64,000 bases of DNA from Octopus vulgaris. Its lineage: Eukaryota. Below are positions 51,636-64,000 of this stretch, piece by piece. The position numbers and the translations under genes are program-made. The notes under the pieces were generated by a model that was given only the letters and a program-made list of their open reading frames with translations, had not been told where the DNA came from and made no database searches. Where the stretch lies: assembly GCA_951406725.2 (NCBI GenBank), contig OX597815.1, positions 137,144,001 through 137,208,000 of the forward strand, given 5' to 3'. Each line of letters begins with the position of its first letter. Position 1 is the stretch's first letter.

Positions 51636-51686
<51 letters not shown>

Positions 51687-51693
51687 TGTGTAA

Positions 51694-51921
51694 AATATCC
51701 ATTTCCTAATCATCGTGCAGTCATATCAAGTTCTTTTTCGCCTATGTGACGTTTCAGCCGTTTGTTTAGTGTCCATGTTGCACTTTAAAGTGACTTATGA
51801 TGTAATAAACAAAATAAACGCACTTTCAAGTGCAACATGGGCACTAATAAATGGCTAAAATGTCACGTAGGCAAAAAAGAACAACGTAATATGACTGCAC
51901 AATGATTAAAAAATGAATATT
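51694..51921. mobile_element. Fold-back element with about 100-bp imperfect arms
   Basis: GTGCAGTCATAT/ATATGACTGCAC and CCATGTTGCACTT/AAGTGCAACATGG pairings. Confidence 0.78.
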
Positions 51922-52166
51922 CTATGTGTATGCTATGTTTTCTTTAAACTATTAATTATTTCTCCTATATCGAAAAGAATGAAGTCTCTATAGTGACAAC
52001 TAGATTTTCAGAAGTGGAATCTTTTAAGAATGGTTAAACCAACCAACTATAAACATTAGTACGGAGACACAAGAACGATAATCAGATTTATCAATCGAGA
52101 CAAGTTAATAATTGATGTCCGTTTGACTAACATATATATATATATATATATACACACACACGCACT

Positions 52167-52270
<104 letters not shown>

Positions 52271-53135
52271 TTTGTATATTGGTACAAATATTGTATATTG
52301 TATATTGGTATATAATGGCAGTATATGATGCTTTATATAGTCAAAATAACAGACTTTTCCCATCGTTCGTTATGTTACAACGTTTGCTTGGTTTTTGTTA
52401 TATTACGGAAGATGCGATGGTTTTACTGATTCTGATATTGGTTTGTTATAATTATTCTAACTGCTGCTCCTTTTATATTGAACTGCTTTGCGGTCTCTGT
52501 TGAAGTTTTTCAATTTTGAAGTTGATTTAATATGTAACTTCTCATTTCGAGAGAAATCCACTTTATTAACATTTGAAATCCTGTTTATTATTCAATCTCG
52601 AAAATATTTAAGAAAACATTTCAAAAATATCTACAATAAGTCTTGATTTTAGTGTGCAATATACAAGATTTATGAATATAAAACGAAATGAGGATGAATA
52701 ACCGGGAGGTTAACTATACGGTCGTTAGCAAAATTATTCTAAAGTGATTCGGTCCGAACTAGTGTAAAGTACTGTGTAAAACGGGATTTAGTTGTACTTG
52801 TATAGAAATATTATAGGCGTCATTGTAACAGAGTTGTTAATGTGTTAGAGAGAATGCACAACGATCATCGTTCCGTGCGTTAGCTCACTTTGTTCAAATC
52901 TTGCTGAGGTCAGTTTTGCGTTTCATCTTTGGGAACATAGAATTGACGAGCTGAGCTTAGTACTGGGTTTTATTTGTCTAATTTATCCCTATTCTTAAAT
53001 TTACCTTAAACACTCGTTTGAAGAAGTAAACTCCATTCAAGTTTAGATAGAGATGATCTCCTATGACGTCATCAACTGGTAAGGAACAATTACCCCTTGT
53101 ATGTATGTATGTATGTATGTATATATATATATAAA

Positions 53136-53206
<71 letters not shown>

Positions 53207-53215
53207 AGATTGTCT

Positions 53216-53257
<42 letters not shown>

Positions 53258-53453
53258 TAGATTAGATTGTTTACACATACACACATACAGGGATAATTCA
53301 CACATAAAAACAAAAAACGAAGACGGGTGGTGTAGACAACATACAGATGTATTAGTGCACATAAACACACCTATATATAATGCATATGCATCTATATATA
53401 CGTATATATTCATACACATGAATATATATGTTTATGTACGCATATATATATTC

Positions 53454-53513
<60 letters not shown>

Positions 53514-53689
53514 TTATATATACACATACATACATATATGTATTTATATATATATATATGCATACATATATATATATATATATATATGATAAACATCAAA
53601 GTGAGTTATACACAGTAGCGGTAACACATCGTGACGTATATTTGCCATTTCACCCTTAGGGGTAGCCATATTAAAATGGCAAATATACG

Positions 53690-53745
<56 letters not shown>

Positions 53746-54504
53746 TGCACTTACGCGCATAATATTTTTAGTCATGAGAAAAGAAATTTGACCCATTGGC
53801 TCATGGCTCCGTAATACCTCAAAGACTACATATAAAACAAATCTTAAACAAACGTTATAATTGCGAGCAAATATATATTAACATAGAAATATATAATTAT
53901 CTTTTCACATACCGGTTAGTCGGACGCGTAGACTGGATGTAAAATATCTTGATTGCGAACAGGTCTAGCGAAATTGCATTGACTAATCTGTCTCAGTGAG
54001 GTGAGATTTAAAATTCGAACATCTGGTCTATTCAGTCCAAAGCGACACTTTTTGTTGTTGATTTGTTTGGCGCTTATTCCATAAATTACTTCTGTCGCGA
54101 AAAAAGAAATAATTATCGATCACCTTCTCATGATGGTTACATATGGTGACGACGAATGATTTTTAATTGTGATGTCGTTTAAATAACCATTTCGAATCGC
54201 TTCAGTTGTAATACTAATGATATATTAAAAAAAAAACATGAATGTTACAACTTCCCATTTCAATTTCTAAACTGAATTTAACTATTAGGGTTGTGTACTA
54301 TATAAATGTTAGGTAAGATGGCAGAGAAATCCCTCTAATTGTCCTTTCACTGGTTAGATTTATAAACTACTTCTAATGTTGTTTTGCTTTCGTAATACCC
54401 GAAAATAAATGTAGACGGTCAGGGTTGCAAAGCATTTGCTTGATCATGACTAAAGCCTGTTCAACAATAACAACAACAATGATTCATCATTATAATGTTC
54501 TCTC

Positions 54505-54670
54505 ATATAGGCACAAGCGCCAGAAATTTCAGGGGAAAGACTTAGTCGATAACATCGACCCTAGTGCTGATCTGGTACTTTTTTCATCGACGCCGAAAAG
54601 GAAAAAAGGTGAAATCGACCTCGGTGGAAATTTAATTCAGAATATTATGACAGACAAAATGTTGATAAGC
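54505..54670 (-). mobile_element. Degenerate SINE family 2
   Basis: GTCGATAACATCGACCC...ATCGACCTCGG is the reverse complement of the core. Confidence 0.7.
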
Positions 54671-55347
54671 ATCTTCAGATATAGAATGTATTTTAATATG
54701 TACATTTACAATACTTTTTGTTGGGTTGATCTCCGATTGTCACCACTTGCTTAAGACAGTATTTGTATATAATTCTAGACTATATATGGTTTGTAAACCA
54801 TTATTTCTGAACTGGTGTTAGGAAAGCAATATACATGTATTAGTTACCTCTTGAATGACAGTGTTACTACTATTAGTTTAGAAATAAATGTTCATAGTTT
54901 CAATCCAATCCAGCAATATGCATATATCCAAAACTTAGACATTTGATTATGATCGGAGATCGACAGGTTATGAGGATTAAATATTTAAAAAAGAACTGTC
55001 TCATCACTAAAAATAAGTTTAATTTTCATTAAAATTATTATCGCATTAATATTTCTCTATTATTTTATCTGAAGAAGGGCGACAGAGTCTAACGGAAATA
55101 TATTCCAGTTTAGTCTGATTGATGTGATTGGTTTTTAACTTCACCTATAATCTATTGCTTTTCTCGAGGAGTACTGGAGGTAAAGCCTCAATGTGGAAAA
55201 GAAGGAAGAATGATTCGGAAAAGTATTTTGGAAGATTGGGAAAGATATAACAAGAAGAAAATATATGCCGATGGTTTCATAGATATTAATATGTTGGTGG
55301 CAAATCTTGAAAATTATTTTTATACAACCTAAAATCTACACTTTTCC

Positions 55348-55444
<97 letters not shown>

Positions 55445-56029
55445 TGCATGTGTGTGTGTAATTTATTCGATCATATACGATATATGATAACTCGGGTGAA
55501 TTTGGGGACAAATTTGGCTGGTTGCTCCTTTACTCCACACTGAATATGTAAACAATCTCTGTATGAGCATACAGACTTTTCAGGAAACTAAAATCATTAG
55601 AGACTATTGAGATGGTACATGAGGATACATGATGGTGCATATCGGGTCAGTCTGACTAGGGAATAATATCTCGCTGGATATTATTCATAAAAACATTTAA
55701 AGCAAAATAATTTTTGCTGATGAATATTTTAAAATCATACTTTATACAGATGCAAAGATCTATAAAAGCAAATAGAGAGAGTAGAGATTCAAAATTGATG
55801 TATTCCCGTAGTAATACGTACATATTCATAACGTATCATCATGTACATATACATATAGTATCATATACCATAAAGTATCATCATTTCTAGACAATATTGG
55901 ATAGGTTCTACGACTGATTAGCAAAGGCTTACCAATAGTTTACTCAACAATACGCATCAACTATTCTCCCAAATACTTGTCGTTTCCCCTCTTTCCTTTC
56001 TCAGAGGAGAAAGGGCTTGACTTATTAAT

Positions 56030-56320
56030 TAGTGCGGGACCTGAGAATGGAGTGGGCATAACATACTGCGAAATCAACAAGCACCGAAGAGTATAGATTA
56101 GTGGTAGTAAAATCAGAGAGAAGAAAAAACACATTTGTGAGCCAGACGTTGAAGTGTATTGGCGAGAGACCTAATGCCTGTGAATCTGGTGGCCTTTCTT
56201 TGGATGTGAACTGTAATGTTAGCGTTTGTAGTAGCAACACCGTGGGAGCAGTACTCCGCTGGCAATTTCTCTTAATCGTTGCAATAAGCCAGAAGATATT
56301 ACAGGGGCGTTTTCTGGTCC
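56030..56320 (-). mobile_element. CR1-Zenon-like LINE C-terminal fragment
   Basis: EYCSH...IQRKATRFTGIRSLANTLQRLAHKCVFSSL*FY. Confidence 0.65.
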
Positions 56321-56325
56321 TAAAG

Positions 56326-57358
56326 TAAGACGCTGATGTTTTTGGTGAAGACTTTGCTAATTTGAGGATGTGCGCTCCCTAGAGGAAATCCTCTGTGAAA
56401 GCACAAACCGTCCTTGAATACACATTCTCTTGAGTATGGTTTATAATGACCTTGAGTATACATGCCCAAGGTGATTATAAACATTATCAGTTTGTAAAAA
56501 TACACTGTAATTTCTATTAGTAGGGTAGAAATATCCCACGAACAACAATATAAAGGACTTAAAACTAGCGGATAAATCTGAAATCTCCCTAAATAAAAAA
56601 ACTTTCCGATTTCCACAGCCCAGGGCGATATTTTAGAAATAGAAAGCAACGCCAGCGGTGAAATAGATAACCGATTTATTTATTCAGCTGTTGGTGTAAC
56701 ATCAAACAAAAATATAACTTCACAGTTGAAAGAATAAATGAACACATATAAACCCGAAACAACATGGAAAGGAAGTTACAGAGATAAAATGAGAAAAGAG
56801 CTATCAAAGCTGAGTTAAATAGACAATAAAGCCTTAAATATTAAAGCAATGAAACGAATAAAAACATTAAGGAAATATAAGAATATAGGAAAAGAAGGAT
56901 TAGTGTTAGGAAATTTAGAGAGATTAAGGTTTAGAAATATCAGCAAGGGTTCACGATATTAAGTGATTTCAAAAGTGTCGTTGCCCACTTTCTACTATTT
57001 AAAAGAACCGCTGAATCATCGTATTGTATATTTGACATGCGAAACTTCGAGAGAGAAAAATCAGTAGCGAAATTAGAAATAGAGAAATTATAGCCGCATC
57101 GAGAAGACAGCGTAGAAAAACATCAACAATACAAAATAAAAGGAATGATTTATAAAACATATCCACTGTAGACGTGACTTTGATATTAAAAGTATTGAGA
57201 GTGGACATAAACAATCGTCTTGTCATGGATTTAACATTTTCCTTCTTTCTTGGCCTTTAATTTAAGACGCCGATGTTTTTGATGAAGATTTTGATAATTT
57301 GAGGATGTGCGCTCCCCAGAGAAAATCCTTTGTGAAAGCACAAACCGACCTGCAATAT
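56326..57358. repeat. Pair of ~95-bp direct repeats (56326-56420, 57263-57358)
   Basis: TAAGACGC.GATGTTTTTG.TGAAGA...GAGGATGTGCGCTCCC...GTGAAAGCACAAACCG in both. Confidence 0.85.
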
Positions 57359-58091
57359 ATTATTATTGAAAAATATTGTATTAATACCTTTCGTTTATTT
57401 TTCAAAAATTTATTCCGGTGATTATGAATGAGGATAATAAGATTCAACTTTCCTATTCAACTCACAAAAAATATACATTACTAATGTAGTTAGGCTATGG
57501 TACTTCGGAAATTCAAAAGGAATAAGGGACTCGATATCCGAAGGCACCGTCAGGAAATTATTTCATCGAGACGTCGAAAACGGACAGATTAATTACCCAC
57601 ATCATACAGTTAATCATTCTCATAACTTAATTGCCCCGCTCCAAAAATTATCCGCTGGTTTTTGACGATTAGGATTTTGCTGTTCGATTATCAGAGAACG
57701 TACTCGTTAAATTAATCTGTAAGAAGCTGAGTACTCCACAGACACGAGTAGTCTTAAATGTTTACAGTTCTTTCTTCTGCTGAAGGCTTCCAGTCTCTTT
57801 CTCGGTCATATTATTGTTGATAATTCTGTTTCGGGTACATTTTGCGGAAAGCACTTCTTTCAGATTTCCTCTATCTACAATGCAACTTACCAGATTGAAT
57901 CCTTATCCTCTGAAGAAGGAGCTTCTATCATTTTCATTGACAAATAGCTTATTGCTTTCGACCAAAGGCTCATCGCTATGGCATTAATCTCGGAGAAATT
58001 AATCATTGAAAACTCAATAATAGAATCTTACGCCAAGCGTCTTACGTACGTAAATATTATGAATATGTAAAACACACACACACACACATGC

Positions 58092-58163
<72 letters not shown>

Positions 58164-58165
<2 letters not shown>

Positions 58166-58440
58166 CTATTATATAAAATCCGTTGTGTGAGTGTGTGTGT
58201 GTGTCTTATAGGATCTCGGGCATCCTCCATCCGATTGCGCTCAAATTTGATATGTAGATACCGACGGTATCAGGGCGTGTATAAGTCTTGAATAAATTAC
58301 AAAAATCGATTCCAGGTGAGAATGCACTCGATAAAGCCGTGGAAACATGCAAGTACATCAGCTGTTGCGATCGAAATTACGCGTACGCGAGAAAAAGTCT
58401 ATCTTTATTTCTTCTTTTGCTGGTGTCTCAAATTTAGGTT
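58164..58440 (+). mobile_element. Helitron-like non-autonomous element 5' part
   Basis: A^TCTATTATATAAAA start, (GT)n tract, CCGATT..CTCAAATTTG motif; 3' hairpin/CTAG end not found. Confidence 0.5.
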
Positions 58441-58465
58441 AAATCAGTGTTTCTCAAAGGAGAGG

Positions 58466-58580
58466 CCTTTCTGTTGATCGTAGGCTCGATACGTAAAAGA
58501 CTTTTTCACTTTCCCGAGCATCAAACTAATACACCTTGATCATACACCTTCGTCTTTTGTTTTCTATAAATTTCAACTAT
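58466..58580 (+). repeat. Second, more degenerate copy of the 40199-40379 repeat
   Basis: CGTAGGCTCGATACGTAAAAGACTTTTTC...CTAATACA. Confidence 0.7.
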
Positions 58581-59518
58581 ATCTATATATGTATATATAA
58601 TGTACTGAGCCGTGATAGAACATTCAACAAAAAGTATTCCATCCGGTGAGAGATAAATATTACTTATTTAAAGGTCAATACATTGCCAGATGATTCGCCT
58701 ACCCAAATTCTCTGACCGAATTTGGGTCAGTCGAGTAATCTGGCAATAGGTACTTGTTCTTGAGAAGTTCTAGTTGTTAATTCTTAACAGTTTTATTTTG
58801 CATGATGTAACACTTATGTTCATCAATAAAAAAAATACGCCTGAAACAGCCGTAGTGTACCACAATCCATCTGTTGATATTGTTTATCCTTCACTTAACG
58901 CGGAACTTACAATTCCTTAGGATCTGGAGTGTATAGATGGCGGTGCAATAAGCGCTGCGTGTGTAGCCATGAGCGACCTTGATGACCCGTTGTGTATTCA
59001 GTCAGCCGTTTGTGAATGCATGCATAACTGGAGAACAAATCCGTGTGTACTTTAGCATGAACGTATTTTTCGTTATAGATTGGTTTGTAGACAGTAGCGC
59101 TATCACCGACCCGATCTTTTTTAATATGCATCCATCCACACACAGACACACGCACACACACCGCATATACACATACATAAACATACATTAGTTATTTAAA
59201 TTATATATACATACATACATAGACAGAAACACATACACAAGGTTGTACTCACGCTCCCAGTGAATACACAATCGCACGTCCTTGCACGCACATGTACGCA
59301 CACATACACATTCACACACACTAAGGCTTATATATATTTATGATGGACATGTATACAACATTATACGCAAGTTCTAATTCAATTGAATATAAACAGACCC
59401 TTTTACATACATACGTACATACAAATATACACACACACACAGACACACTAACGCATACATACACACGCACGCACACGTACACAGATGTATGTATATATAT
59501 ATATATATATATATAAAC

Positions 59519-59550
<32 letters not shown>

Positions 59551-59586
59551 ATAAATTAAAATACTGAGGGTAGAAATTGATATCTA

Positions 59587-59798
59587 TATTACAATTAATA
59601 AAAGGAATGACCACTAAAGTGGAATCCTATACGCTAGAAATAGACGGCAAATCGCTTTACCACAAGGAGTGTGTTCTCAAAAAAAATTTGGCGTTTGGTG
59701 TTTTTTTTTTCCAGAGAACACTTTTTGTGGTAAGGCGATTTAACGTCTATTTCTAGCGTATAGGATTCCACTTTAGTGGTCATTCCACTTATTAATTG

Positions 59799-59803
<5 letters not shown>
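59587..59803. mobile_element. Palindromic MITE in TA context
   Basis: GGAATGACCACTAAAGTGGAATCCTATACGCTAGAAATAGACG is exactly mirrored at about 59744-59786. Confidence 0.88.
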
Positions 59804-59850
<47 letters not shown>

Positions 59851-60103
59851 GCACATACACATATATGTGATTACTATTAGTAAATAAAATTAATGGCGAA
59901 TAAATAATACATCAATTATTACCAACTGCCTATTTTGTTATACAGATAGTCTGCAAACATTATTTCCAGATTTTTTTAACTTTAAGGTGTACCTTACATC
60001 AATAAAATAACGACAACTACATACTGGGTTGTAATACTAGAATAAGCAGACATACTTGAAGAAGATAGCTCAAATTTTGCCTACCTGCATAATATGTGTG
60101 TAT

Positions 60104-60199
<96 letters not shown>

Positions 60200-60369
60200 C
60201 AGTTGAATATAGTTGAAACATGGCCTGGTTTTCACGTCTTTTATTATGGTATTTTAACATTAAAAATGAACAAACAAAATAAAACATTCACAGTATCGAA
60301 GTGTAATAATAGCAGATGTGGAACGTGTCAATACATGCACGGATAGATCCAGGGGCATATGGCGTAGTG

Positions 60370-60500
60370 CTTGATGAAGGCTGGAGGGCATATCAGCCGA
60401 AACGTTGTGTTAACAACAAACAAGATTAGGACAAATATACGTCAAACGTAAATAATGTAAATAATGTACATAATTTCTTATCTCTTAAATATAGAACTGT
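60370..60500 (+). repeat. Short repeat with hammerhead-like variant motif
   Basis: TTGATGAA-GGCTG..CAGCC-GAAACGTT. Confidence 0.5.
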
Positions 60501-61417
60501 AGTCGAGAAATGTTTAAACGTTGTGGTAGGGAAGGCGTTTCGAAATCTACCAGGCGTCGCTTCCTGAAGCAGGTAACCAAAAGCGTAAAACCTGTTACAT
60601 GAAAGCTATTCATAAATAAAATAGAGTCAAATGGGCAGAAGACTACATCAAGATGGATTTTTCATAAGTCCTCTTTACTAACGAATGCGGTGTTACCAGA
60701 TGGGTGGAATAAAAGATAGGTTGCAATTAGAGGAAATCGTCCTCAACATTTGAGACGCCAACCAAGGAGAGAGATCATGATTTGGGATGGCATCATTATA
60801 GGCAAGTTGGTTGGTCCTTGGAAAGTTCCAGGTGGAATTAAGAAAACACCTAATGTCTATGTTGCCATTTTGGAGGACAATTTTAAGCCATGGTTGAAGA
60901 AACAGAAAGTTTCATTAAAGAGAACGCTGATATTCATGCAAGATAATGCACCCTCCCATGCAGCTAAGAAATCTCTGGAATATCTACAGCAACTAGGCTT
61001 CTCTGGACACCTTTTGGTGAAGTGGCCAGTGTGTATACTCGACTTAAACGTGATTGAATATCTGTGGAGTGTTCTGAAGATGAAGATATATCAAGATGGA
61101 CTGCAGTTTTCAACGAAAGATGCGCTCTGGGAAGCTATTGTGGATGCTGCTGATGGTATTACACCAGATGAAATAGTTACCTTGACAAATTCAATGGATA
61201 AAAGCGTCATGGACGTTCTCTCATGTGGCGGATCATACATCCACCATTAAGAATTTTATGACGTCATATTTCTTGTATTATTTCCATTCAAACATACGTT
61301 CACTATAAAGTCCAATATGATTATATTTGTTGTTAAAAAATATTTGTCACATTAAATAAATGTTTGCTTTTCCATAATTAGCATTTTTATTAGACCTACC
61401 TAATAATTTAGGACGGT
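60500..61417 (+). mobile_element. Tc1-like DD37E (TRT-type) transposon, 5'-truncated pseudogene
   Basis: GVSKSTRRRFL, RVKWAEDYIKMDF, VLFTNEC, FMQDNAPSH...DLNVIEYLW with 37 residues between D and E; candidate 3' TIR CCTAATAATTTAGGACGG-TA. Confidence 0.85.
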
Positions 61418-63699
61418 AAAAATGACGTATGTTAACTAAAACGGCCGTTGTTTCTTTACGTACGGGTGGATCTGATTTATTTTGGTACAGTACATAACAG
61501 TGTTATTACGAAAAAAGTGAGCTACCTCATAATTTGTCACGCAGTGTGTATGTGTATATATATATATATATATACGCAGTGTGTATGTATATATATATAT
61601 ATATATATAACATTTAATATATACATATATTTTATATATAGAATATATACATTTCCATTCATACACACGTACGTTTATGTACATTCGTATATATTTTATT
61701 ACTAATATATTACTTTTAATTAAAAGATTTGTAGATTTGTAGATTTGCCACCAAAGGTCATTTATGGGTTACAAAATTGTTATATAGAACATTGGAAATG
61801 TTTTTACAAATTAATCCTGGTCTTTGAATAGTTTATTAGTTTGTGTATGTAATTAAAATTTAATTAAAAGTATAACGATCGTATTTCATACTTTTAAATA
61901 AATGTTCTCAGTTAGTTTTGAATACTATAACTTTGAAATGCAATAATGCTTTCATCAAGTAAAGTTTACGTATGCATGCTGTTCTGACCTTTCCTGAGTA
62001 GTTTGATGGAGGTGAGACGTGAGCAATAACGAAAAAATTATTTACAAAACATCCATCTCTAGGTTAGCCCTTGAAATGTGAGTAATTTTAAAAGTCGCAG
62101 TAGTGCAAAATATATAAATTGCATCAGTCTTGCTTATTATATTCAAAAGATGGAAAATTTCGATCACTTAGGGAGAAACACAACTATATCTGGCTATAAT
62201 CAATAAATATGTAAACTGGATAGCGAGATAAATTATAACTGCTTTTCTCCATTAACACTGCATGCACAATATTTTGCAGTGTGTTAGCCGTAATGAAACA
62301 ACTCTATTACCAAAAGCTTTCGATTTAAGATCATTCCATCTATCGGAATTCTCTGGCACTGCATTATCTCATATCATCTTTCTTTTTAAGGTATGATTCG
62401 GTTGTTGTTCTAGAAGTTCGAATGACCACGTAGAAGCTCCTTTGTTGGCACATCGCGAGATACACTTAAGAAAAATAGTATATAGATAAACGTTATAAGA
62501 TACCGTCAAAATTAACAGCACTTCGTTTCAAGTAGAGTGTGCTCCAATATGTTTGATAATGAAAACTATTCTTCAGGTTAAACGATTGACAATTATTAAT
62601 AATATAATTTGATAGTTTTTCTCCGCTTCTTTTCAGATGTTAACTTTTGGAAGGGATCGAGATGCTTACCAAAGTCTGTATGCTTCTTTTTAATCAATTA
62701 TTATGATAACGGAACAGCTTTAACATACGTTTGAATGTGCTTACACCATGTATTTTCAGTCACCTCAAAGTGCTTGTATTTTACTCTATGGATGACGTTA
62801 CCCGTTCATCTCCGTGGATGTTTTCTGCCATTATGAGATATGAGTAACCAGAAACGATTAGGTTGATTGTGTATTTAATTTTAACCCCGTGATATATAAA
62901 TATCAACTTGTTTTGTAATTTACTCCATTATTTACCTTATCTATGCATTGACATGTTAGAATCGCACAAAACGATACGATAGATTTCAGCTCAAAATACA
63001 TTACGGTTTTGTATAATGCTCATTTATATTCTGAGGTCGAATCTCAACAGGGTTACCCTTATTTTACATCCTTTTGAAATCTATACGCTAATTATCCATC
63101 ATGTAATAATAGCGTTTTAATTGATCAAAACATCCTTAAAATGTGAGAAAAATTGTAATTGTTGCTGATGGCGATAAGATCTTACACATACAGTAAAAAA
63201 AAAAGCTGTAACGTAGTATGGAAGGAGCAATTGGTCTAAATGTGAAAATGTTTTTCTCTGACCAACTTACCGTGAAATTATGTACCATCATAAAGTACTA
63301 TGGTTCTGCAAATTTTATCGAAGGAGGGTGTGAGTGAAAAAAGTTAACTAGGTAAAAGGACTAAACACATCGTTTAAGAGGTTGTTGAGCTGAAGAAAGC
63401 GTGTGAGACAAGAGAAGATATTGGAGTTTGGAGGTGAACCTATACGTTTTCAGTAGGTCTTTCTTTTAAAGACACAATATCTTTGTGATATCTAATATTT
63501 CCATCCTAGTTTTATGCACTTATGCATAGAGAATTTCGCTGTATGTGGTCCTTCAAATGTGTGATTGTGTGGGTGTGAACACTTGCATTTATGTAGTGAG
63601 TGTGTGTGCGTACGTGCGAGCGTGTGTGCAAGCGTGTGTGTGTATGTTTGTGTACGTGCGTGTGTATGAGTGTCTGTGAATTATTAAAATTACTCTAAT

Positions 63700-63850
63700 A
63701 GGATTGGCAGAATTATCAGCTTTGGTTCATTATGTTCTGAGTTGAAACCCTATCGATGTCAAATTTGCCTTTCACCCTTTCTGGGTTGACAAAATGAAGT
63801 AGCAGTCATGTAACACAGCCGATATAATAGATTATTAACCTCATGACCCC
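63700..63850 (+). mobile_element. Degenerate SINE family 2
   Basis: TGGCAGAAT...GTTCTGAGTT...TTTGCCTTTCACCCTTT. Confidence 0.65.
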
Positions 63851-64000
63851 AGAATATATATAGCAATTAAAAATCCTTCAGTCTTTGCTTTCAGTCCTGA
63901 GATTCTCAGACATTGTTCAAATTTTATTTTGTCTATTTATTTTCTGTTTAGCTTATCTTACCATTATTTTTTGTACCAGTTGACTCATCAACTCCCCCAA

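Overview
AT-rich, microsatellite-dense eukaryotic DNA. The SINE/LINE families point to a cephalopod, probably Octopus (my inference from recognition, not a search). I find no intact host protein-coding gene; most ORF-track entries are translated microsatellites. The window is largely transposon debris. It holds one near-full-length R4/Dong-type RLE non-LTR retrotransposon (30807-35298, minus, frameshifted) in (TAA)n, clusters of truncated RLE LINEs, and CR1, CR1-Zenon, RTE and Penelope-like (PLE) remnants. It also holds tRNA-derived SINEs and DNA-transposon relics (pogo/Tigger, mariner, DD37E Tc1-like, a THAP+SWIM ISL2EU-like relic, Helitron-like, MITEs), plus a decayed class-A GPCR pseudogene at the left edge. 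The most interesting signals are at RNA-structure level: an apparently intact type I hammerhead ribozyme with relatives, a 410-bp palindrome inside a 2.6-kb inverted duplication, many fold-back elements, a covarying SINE/LINE 3' stem-loop, and a SINE trimer inside a single TSD. Everything was read by eye, so boundaries of degenerate elements are approximate.
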